Shown piece after piece: positions 57,720-64,000 of a stretch of DNA of 64,000 bases. Made by a program: the position numbers and the translations under genes. How positions within the stretch are numbered: the stretch's first letter is position 1; every line of letters begins with the position of its first letter. Below the pieces are notes generated by a model. That model was given only the letters and a program-made list of their open reading frames with translations. It was not told the origin of the DNA and did not search any database. The stretch covers positions 1-64,000 of the forward strand of contig JBHLQM010000003.1 of NCBI GenBank assembly GCA_048884785.1. Direction: 5' to 3'. Origin of the DNA: Candidatus Thorarchaeota archaeon. Its GTDB lineage: Archaea > Asgardarchaeota > Thorarchaeia > Thorarchaeales > Thorarchaeaceae.

Positions 57720-58154
57720 ATGAGTCAAATCAATAGTGCTGAGGATGTTCTTATGCCTGTTTCTGCTAATCTTGAGTACCCAGATATGGTTGCAGCGCTT
57801 CTTCCACTCCTACGCTTTGAAACTTCCATGATCACACTCTTCCATGTTATCGAAACCCCCATCTCTACTCCTCTTGAGCACGCAGCTCTAAATGAACTAA
57901 GAAGTACAGCTGAGCAGAATCTAGCCCCTTTGCAGAATTGGTTACAAAATCAGGGATACAAGGTAAAAACTAAGATAGTAGTTGCCAGGCACGCTTTTGA
58001 AGCTATTATTGAAGAAGCAAACTCCTCACGATATTCCCTTGTTTTTATGATGAAACGGAGGAAAAAAAGTGGCTACAGAAGAATCCTCCACAAGAGTGTC
58101 ACGGAGGCCGTAATTAATCATATCGATTGTCCGGTTATTTCAGTTCTTGTTTAG
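57720..58154 (+). CDS. Universal stress protein
   Basis: VLMPV, LFHVIE, AIIEEA, SVTEAVI....CPV. Confidence 0.85.
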   Translation: MSQINSAEDVLMPVSANLEYPDMVAALLPLLRFETSMITLFHVIETPISTPLEHAALNELRSTAEQNLAPLQNWLQNQGYKVKTKIVVARHAFEAIIEEANSSRYSLVFMMKRRKKSGYRRILHKSVTEAVINHIDCPVISVLV

Positions 58155-58266
58155 TTCAAATTAAACAGGCAGCTTTCGAAAGCAATTTCTCTTTCCTTTC
58201 AAATCTGAAGCAATTGTTCCTCTATAGAGCTCTAGATATTAGAAGGGATATTCAACAAGCAAAGGA

Positions 58267-58785
58267 GTGCCTGCAATGAATACTTCAGAGAAATTTCAGA
58301 ACAAAATGAACCTAACAGTTGAACAGCATCATAGGGAAATTGCATCCAAGTTGGTATCATTGATTAGAGAACTTGAAAGAAAACTAGGAAAGGAAAAGGC
58401 GCATGAAATCGTCTCAGAATGGGCTGAATGTAACTCAGTGAATGATATCAAAGGAGTCATGAAAAGCTTGGAAAAAGCAGTTAATGATTTTGAAGATGTC
58501 AAACTCTTGATGCGTCAATGGGTAAAAGACCTGAATGAGAATAACATGGAAACAGTGGAAATCACTACTGAAACTGAAACTGATTCAATCTGTATCGTGA
58601 CAGATTGTATCTATGCAAAAGTGTTCGATGACCTGAATGCCTCCGATATTGGATACATTTTATACTGCAAACATGACTTTGCGGCAGCTCCTGTGATTCA
58701 TCCAAGAGTGGGTCTTCGAAGGTCCAAGACACTGATGGAAGGGCATGACTGCTGTGACTTTGATTACTACTGGATGCCGGAGTAG
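58267..58785 (+). CDS. ATC-hydrolase-family (V4R-clan) protein
   Basis: VTDC.YA..F..L...DIG...YC..D, L.RSKTLMEG.DCCDF. Confidence 0.85.
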   Translation: MPAMNTSEKFQNKMNLTVEQHHREIASKLVSLIRELERKLGKEKAHEIVSEWAECNSVNDIKGVMKSLEKAVNDFEDVKLLMRQWVKDLNENNMETVEITTETETDSICIVTDCIYAKVFDDLNASDIGYILYCKHDFAAAPVIHPRVGLRRSKTLMEGHDCCDFDYYWMPE

Positions 58786-58803
58786 GCATTTTTAGCGTTC
58801 GCT

Positions 58804-60168
58804 CTAACTGTCGTGTTTGTCTACTGATACACTGGACATGTAGGTCCTAATTTCATCCTCTTCTTTGATTAGACCGACCTGTTGCTGCTCGTGTTTTCTT
58901 GCTTCAGCATAATCCTCGATTGTCATTATGTCTTTGTTAAAGAAAGCAGCAATGCTTAGGATGATAGTTCCAATCCCCGCTATAAGGAAGAATACAGTCA
59001 CTCCTGCAATATCAGCAATAGGCCCTCCAATAGCAAGTCCCAGAGGCGACATTGCTGTTGCTCCAGCTATGATTAGCGCAAAAACACGACCCTGTTTGTC
59101 GGGAGGAACTGTTGCCTGCATTATTGCTATCAGTACTCCGTTAACAATAGGATTCAGAAATGATACAGCTGAATAGAAGAGAACAGCCACAAAGAATGAA
59201 TCTGAAGGTACCAATCCAATCATAGTTACTCCCACACCCTCCAGAACCAAAGCCCCTCCTGCAGTTAGAATTTTCCGTTTAGTGCCTCCCCAAGCTGTCA
59301 ATAAGATGGCCCCAATAACCATGGCAAGAGCACCAGCTGCCTGCAACAAAGCCAATTCTTCCGCGCCTCCCAAGAAGTAGTTCTTTACCAAGATTGGAGA
59401 TAGACTGAATGCTGGTGCAGTGAGCATATTCAGAATCATTGCCATGATGACAAGCAGGAAGCCTCCTCTCCATCCTCTCAAAAATGTTAGGCCTTCTTTC
59501 ATATCCCCCAGGACCGAAGTTTCCTGAACAGATTTTGCTCGAACTGGCTGTGGGACTTTGATTAAAGCAAGACAGAGTACTGCAAATACTGCTGATGAGA
59601 TGTCTACAAAGAGAATACTTTGCATAGGAAGAAGAACATAGAGAACTGCTCCCAAAGGGGGTGCCACTATGTTTGATGCACCATTTAGCGCCTGATTCAT
59701 TCCTCCTACCCTTGCAAGATGTTGTCTTGGAACCATAAGAGTAGTCGATGCCTGCATTGCTGGGAAATGAAAGGCACCAAAGGTTGCTCCAAGTAACATG
59801 ATTAGGAAGATGTGCCATAGCTCAACGATATTAACTGCAAAGAGAAATGATAGACCAAGAATGGTCAATGCCGTCAACGAATCCGCAGCAATCATTATCT
59901 TACGCCTATCCCAGCGGTCGACATATGACCCTGCAAAGGGAGCTACAAACACCTGGGGCAGCAAAGCCATAATCGTGGCTATTGCAAGGACAGTTGCTGA
60001 TCCCGTGATATCCGTGATCCACCAAACTAACGCAAATCTGACAATCCGCGTACCAAAGAGCGAGGCGGCTTGCCCTCCCCATAGTACGGCGAATGGGCGT
60101 AGAGACTCTACTTCGGGGCGTGCATTATTCTCCATTGAGGAAACCTTGGACGGTCGAAGAAGCTTCAC
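58804..60168 (-). CDS. MFS transporter (DHA3/macrolide-efflux-like)
   Basis: LWGGQ..S.FG, AG..VDRWDRRKIMI.AD, F..PA, Q..VP...QGRV. Confidence 0.9.
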   Translation of the reverse strand: MKLLRPSKVSSMENNARPEVESLRPFAVLWGGQAASLFGTRIVRFALVWWITDITGSATVLAIATIMALLPQVFVAPFAGSYVDRWDRRKIMIAADSLTALTILGLSFLFAVNIVELWHIFLIMLLGATFGAFHFPAMQASTTLMVPRQHLARVGGMNQALNGASNIVAPPLGAVLYVLLPMQSILFVDISSAVFAVLCLALIKVPQPVRAKSVQETSVLGDMKEGLTFLRGWRGGFLLVIMAMILNMLTAPAFSLSPILVKNYFLGGAEELALLQAAGALAMVIGAILLTAWGGTKRKILTAGGALVLEGVGVTMIGLVPSDSFFVAVLFYSAVSFLNPIVNGVLIAIMQATVPPDKQGRVFALIIAGATAMSPLGLAIGGPIADIAGVTVFFLIAGIGTIILSIAAFFNKDIMTIEDYAEARKHEQQQVGLIKEEDEIRTYMSSVSVDKHDS

Positions 60169-60289
60169 ATATAACCCTGACTATGGGGACGCAGAACCAA
60201 CACGCCTTATGATTTCAGCTGCGGAAAATGCCTATCAATACCAAATCCTTTTGTGATTGAATACCTCCCAATAGAAGGTCAGTCTAGTC

Positions 60290-61204
60290 ATGGAGCGCTT
60301 GAAAATGGCCGAGGTCTTTATAGCATCAGGAAAACACAGAGTTAAAGGAATCAGGCAGCTGCTGAAACAGGTAGATTCCTCAGTCTTCTCAAAAAAGAAC
60401 GTGGCGGTCAAGGCGAATTTCAATAGTGCAGATCCATTTCCTGCTTCGACTCACATAGATACAATTCGCGTTATCTTGGAGGAGATTAAGAGCGCATTCC
60501 CATCAAAAATAGACCTGCTAGATAGAAGTGGCATGGGCAATACAATCAAAGTCCTTAGAAACCTCAAAGTCGTAGAACTATGTGATGAACTTGGAGTTTC
60601 ATATTATGTCCTCGATGATTTTGGCGTAGATGACTATGTCTTGATAGAAAAAGAGAATCATCACTGGACTCGTGGATTTCTATATGCAAAATTATTCCAT
60701 GATGCAGATGTTATTGTCCAAACCTGTTGTCTGAAGACCCATCAATATGGTGGTCATTTCACATTATCACTCAAGAACTCCGTTGGAATGGTTGCAAAAT
60801 ATGACCCGGCAGACAACTACAATTACATGAAAGAGCTCCATTCGTCTCCTCATCAAAGAAGAATGATTGCTGAAATCAATTCAGTGTATACCCCTGCCTA
60901 TGTTTTGATGGATGCAATTGATGCTTTTGTGTCAGGTGGTCCTGCTGCAGGAGAGAGAGTATCTCCAAATGTCCTGCTTCTCAGCAAGGATCGGATTGCT
61001 ATTGATGCTGTTGGCGTTGCTATTCTTCGTCATTTTGGCACAACCCAAAAGGTTGCTGAAGGTTCCATCATGAAACAGGAGCAATTGGCGCGGGCAGCCG
61101 AGCTGGGTCTTGGAATATCGTCTCTTGATGATATCAACTTGGTGTCACTCGATGACGAAGCTAGAGCTGTTGTGGACTATGTGAATGAAGAGTTTTCTAA
61201 GTAG
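60290..61204 (+). CDS. DUF362 domain protein
   Basis: V.VK.NFN, LKTH....FTLSLKN.VG, GGP..G, D..A.D. Confidence 0.85.
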   Translation: MERLKMAEVFIASGKHRVKGIRQLLKQVDSSVFSKKNVAVKANFNSADPFPASTHIDTIRVILEEIKSAFPSKIDLLDRSGMGNTIKVLRNLKVVELCDELGVSYYVLDDFGVDDYVLIEKENHHWTRGFLYAKLFHDADVIVQTCCLKTHQYGGHFTLSLKNSVGMVAKYDPADNYNYMKELHSSPHQRRMIAEINSVYTPAYVLMDAIDAFVSGGPAAGERVSPNVLLLSKDRIAIDAVGVAILRHFGTTQKVAEGSIMKQEQLARAAELGLGISSLDDINLVSLDDEARAVVDYVNEEFSK

Positions 61205-61257
61205 CTTACTGTCTTCCGATGGGTTTAATCAATGGTGTGTGCAACCAATTCTACTGA

Positions 61258-62067
61258 TTGTCTTCTTTGGAGTCAAAGAAAATGGTAGGTTCAGCTATCA
61301 CTGACATTTTAGGAATGCTCCAGCGGCTCATGATTATAATTATAGTAGCATTGACCCTTCTTCAAGTAGTACCAGGTTTTGGTTCGCAATTCAGTTTTCT
61401 AATTGCGTCTCTCTGTTTGGTTGGATTTGCTTTCCTCAACCTAATCGTATGTCAGTACCAGAGAGAGAATGAGTACATCGGAGTCTGGAGGATTTATGCA
61501 CTATTCCTGTTTCTTGCCATGGTTTTTGGCTCAATTGGTGATTTCGCCCTGCCAGGCCTCTTCTTCTTTCCTACAAATAATGCATTAATCAATGGCATAC
61601 TCTACTTTGGTCTTGGCCACGTTTTGTATCTGCTCGCAATGAGAAACCGTGCTCCCTTTCTTTTTCATACCAATGAGAAACGTACCCTTCTTCTTCGAAA
61701 TCTAGCAATATGGATGCTCTCTATCACGTTTGCTGTAACCTTGTTTATGTTGACTGTGTACAATCCTGCTGATCAAGTAATGAGCATCGGTGCGCTGGGC
61801 TATGCAATCCTTCTGATTACCGCAGTTGCATTCAGCATCACATTTTGGTTTAGCGAATTTTCGCCCCTGTTCAAACTTTCAATTGCTTTTGGATTTGTAT
61901 TCTTTTTCTTGTCGGACTGGGTCATAGCAATTAGAAGCTTTAGAGATGCATCTTTTCTCAGTGGCACTGCATTTGTTGGTGTAACGTATCTAATCGGGCA
62001 ACTACTCATACAAGCTACGACATTCATTGCTGCAAGTTTGGTTAAGCAACGGAGCGAACCGAGTTGA
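61258..62067 (+). CDS. YhhN/lysoplasmalogenase-family membrane protein
   Basis: GD..L, G...F..GH..Y, Y...L, F..SD..IA, TY..GQ.LI. Confidence 0.8.
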   Translation: MSSLESKKMVGSAITDILGMLQRLMIIIIVALTLLQVVPGFGSQFSFLIASLCLVGFAFLNLIVCQYQRENEYIGVWRIYALFLFLAMVFGSIGDFALPGLFFFPTNNALINGILYFGLGHVLYLLAMRNRAPFLFHTNEKRTLLLRNLAIWMLSITFAVTLFMLTVYNPADQVMSIGALGYAILLITAVAFSITFWFSEFSPLFKLSIAFGFVFFFLSDWVIAIRSFRDASFLSGTAFVGVTYLIGQLLIQATTFIAASLVKQRSEPS

Positions 62068-63417
62068 TTGTCATTGATCGAACCTGAAAGGCTTACCCTT
62101 CTGAATCAACAAGAAATCCAAGCGGGAAAATATGTACTATACTGGATGCAGGCGTCGCAGCGAGTGGACTATAACCACGCTCTCGGATTTGCTATTGAGC
62201 AAGCAAACAAGCTTGGGAAGCCTCTCCTCGTGTTTTTTGGGTTGCTTCCAGAATTTCCTTCCGCAAACGAACGAAGTTATGCCTTCATGCTTGAGGGAAT
62301 AAGAGAGGTATCGAAGCAAGTTCAAAAGAAGGGGGCCTCGTTCCTTCTACAAAAAGTGGCCCCCGACCAAGGTGTGATTAGACTTGCAAGAGATGCATCA
62401 ATGGTTGTTGTAGATTGTGATTATCAAAGAGAACAGAGATTGTGGCGAAAGAATGTTGCCGCATCGATTCGTTGCCCGCTCATTCAGGTAGAAACCAATG
62501 TTGTGGTTCCGATAGGAACCGTGTCTAATAAGGAAGAATATACTGCTGGAACCTTACGTCCCAAGTTGCACAGGTTTCTGGATCAATTCCTAAGGCCATA
62601 TTCACTTGAGAATATCGAAACCACTCGTGAAATACCCACAGCTCCCACTCTGGAAACTGATGATATTCCTGGAGTGCTAAAAAGGCTCATAGTCGATGCA
62701 TCTGTGAAGAAAGTTGACTGGCTTACAGGTGGTCCTCAAAAAGCCGTTAATCTCCTTCGGATATTTATCAAGCAAAAACTTGATGGATTTGCAGAACACC
62801 GGAATGATCCAACACTGGAATACCTATCGAATATGAGTCCATATCTTCACTTTGGCCAAATTTCGCCAATTCAAATTGCGCTTGAGGTATTAGATGCAGA
62901 GAGTTCGAGTGAAGAGTCATACCTTGAAGAACTGATTGTGAGGAGAGAGCTTAGTATGAATTTTGCCTATTATAATGGAAGGTACGATTCCATAGAATGT
63001 CTTCCAAATTGGGCACGCTCAACACTCGATGAACATGTTACAGACAAGCGTGAATATCTGTACAATGCAAAAGACTTGGAAAATTATGAAACACATGATC
63101 CCTATTGGAATGCAGCTCAGAAACAGATGGTATCAACTGGCAAGATGCATGGATACATGCGAATGTATTGGGGAAAGAAAATACTTGAGTGGACAAAAGC
63201 CCCCAAAGAAGCATACGAAATCGCCATCTACCTTAATGACAAGTACGAGCTGGACGGAAGAGACCCGAACGGATATGCTGGAATTGCCTGGTGTTTTGGC
63301 AAGCACGACCGAGCTTGGTCTGAAAGACCCATCTTCGGCAAAGTTCGCTATATGAATGACAAAGGCCTACGAAGGAAGTTCGACATAGAAGCATACGCGA
63401 GAAGATACGGATTTTAA
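62068..63417 (+). CDS. phrB: Class II CPD photolyase
   Basis: VLYWM...QR...NHAL, S.MSPYLHFGQIS, EELIVRRELS.NF, THDPYWNAAQ, KMHGYMRMYWGKKILEW, DGRDPNGY.G, HDR.W.ERPIFGKVRYM. Confidence 0.95.
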   Translation: MSLIEPERLTLLNQQEIQAGKYVLYWMQASQRVDYNHALGFAIEQANKLGKPLLVFFGLLPEFPSANERSYAFMLEGIREVSKQVQKKGASFLLQKVAPDQGVIRLARDASMVVVDCDYQREQRLWRKNVAASIRCPLIQVETNVVVPIGTVSNKEEYTAGTLRPKLHRFLDQFLRPYSLENIETTREIPTAPTLETDDIPGVLKRLIVDASVKKVDWLTGGPQKAVNLLRIFIKQKLDGFAEHRNDPTLEYLSNMSPYLHFGQISPIQIALEVLDAESSSEESYLEELIVRRELSMNFAYYNGRYDSIECLPNWARSTLDEHVTDKREYLYNAKDLENYETHDPYWNAAQKQMVSTGKMHGYMRMYWGKKILEWTKAPKEAYEIAIYLNDKYELDGRDPNGYAGIAWCFGKHDRAWSERPIFGKVRYMNDKGLRRKFDIEAYARRYGF

Positions 63418-63842
63418 TCATTCTCAGAAAATGACCGTGCAGTAAACTTTCCGCAGTCATTACATACTACTTCGTAGTCCCAATAGGCATCACCGCTCGC
63501 AGTACTTACACACCACTTCGCATAGATTACACTGACATTTGCGGACCTGCAACTTCCACAACCATGAATATTACACGTCTTGCTCAGGGGGTGCTCATCT
63601 ATTGAAATTCCAGTCCCATAGAACTCCTTCCATACCCATTCGTTTTTCTCACTGGCTATCAGTGGCTGTTGGTATATCTTACTATAGTCCTTTGATGTCA
63701 GTATGGGCGCATCACTAATTCTCTCATACAACATACTTGCAACTCGCACACTTCTGCATATTCCTCTTCCTTGATTGAATCTGATTTGATATGGTAGGAA
63801 AATTACTTCGATATCACTCTTCAAAAGGGAATTTATGTGCAA
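63414..63842 (-). CDS. Hypothetical protein with C-terminal zinc ribbon
   Basis: CGSC ... CNDC pairs. Start uncertain. Confidence 0.5.
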   Translation of the reverse strand: MHINSLLKSDIEVIFLPYQIRFNQGRGICRSVRVASMLYERISDAPILTSKDYSKIYQQPLIASEKNEWVWKEFYGTGISIDEHPLSKTCNIHGCGSCRSANVSVIYAKWCVSTASGDAYWDYEVVCNDCGKFTARSFSEND

Positions 63843-63851
63843 TCTCCTGCC

Positions 63852-64000
63852 ATGAATTCAAACATAGAGCTAATACCCGATTCCGATTTTCAATATCGGA
63901 TCATCTCTACATCACATCTAAAGGAGCTGAAAGAGGATTTTCAATCTGTGGCCGACAGGGGACATCTTAGTGAGAATGAAACCTTTCGCAGCTATATAGC
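63852..64000 (+). CDS. Partial CDS running off the window end (possibly a QueG-like 4Fe-4S protein N-terminus)
   Basis: Open frame from ATG 63852: MNSNIELIPDSDFQYRIISTSHLKELKEDF... with no stop before the window end. The family guess is weak. Confidence 0.45.
   Translation, partial: MNSNIELIPDSDFQYRIISTSHLKELKEDFQSVADRGHLSENETFRSYI

Noticed and set aside
54783-64000. Possible integrated element at tRNA-His
   Set aside because: No integrase, transposase or phage genes, and I saw no duplicated tRNA 3' end within the window. The genes look accessory but not mobile.
1-64000. CRISPR array, rRNA, IS elements
   Set aside because: No regularly spaced repeats, rRNA-like tracts or transposase ORFs were seen, and the intergenic gaps are too short to hold them.

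Overview
Gene-dense archaeal chromosomal window, most likely from an Asgard archaeon. The basis is eukaryote-like ESCRT-I/II/III/Vps4, longin, mu-homology-like and GIFT-like proteins alongside TFB, archaeosine synthesis, DGGGP synthase and PolB1; Thorarchaeia is a plausible but unverified guess. Housekeeping content includes a Hrq1/MrfA-like helicase, ArcS/RaSEA, a nurA-herA-mre11-rad50 operon, PolB, non-discriminating AspRS, ArgRS, TldD/PmbA, TFB, a THUMP tRNA methyltransferase, endonuclease IV, HypB and tRNA-His(GUG). The tail after the tRNA looks accessory (APC-USP transporter, MFS, DUF362, YhhN, class II photolyase). The most striking signal is a five-gene ESCRT locus at 32057-37212 with rewired architecture. 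A Vps28 N-terminal (ESCRT-I) domain is fused directly to a Vps22/36 winged-helix (ESCRT-II) subunit. A Vps23/37-type steadiness box sits on a B-box/zinc-ribbon, coiled-coil, PH/GRAM (GLUE-like) protein with no UEV domain, which suggests a ubiquitin-independent ESCRT-I/II with a covalent link. Other candidates are a stand-alone mu-homology-domain-like protein, an IFT52/GIFT-like coiled-coil protein, a half methanogenesis-marker-9 Cys domain and several repeated operator-like elements. All family calls come from motif recognition by eye; no searches were run.
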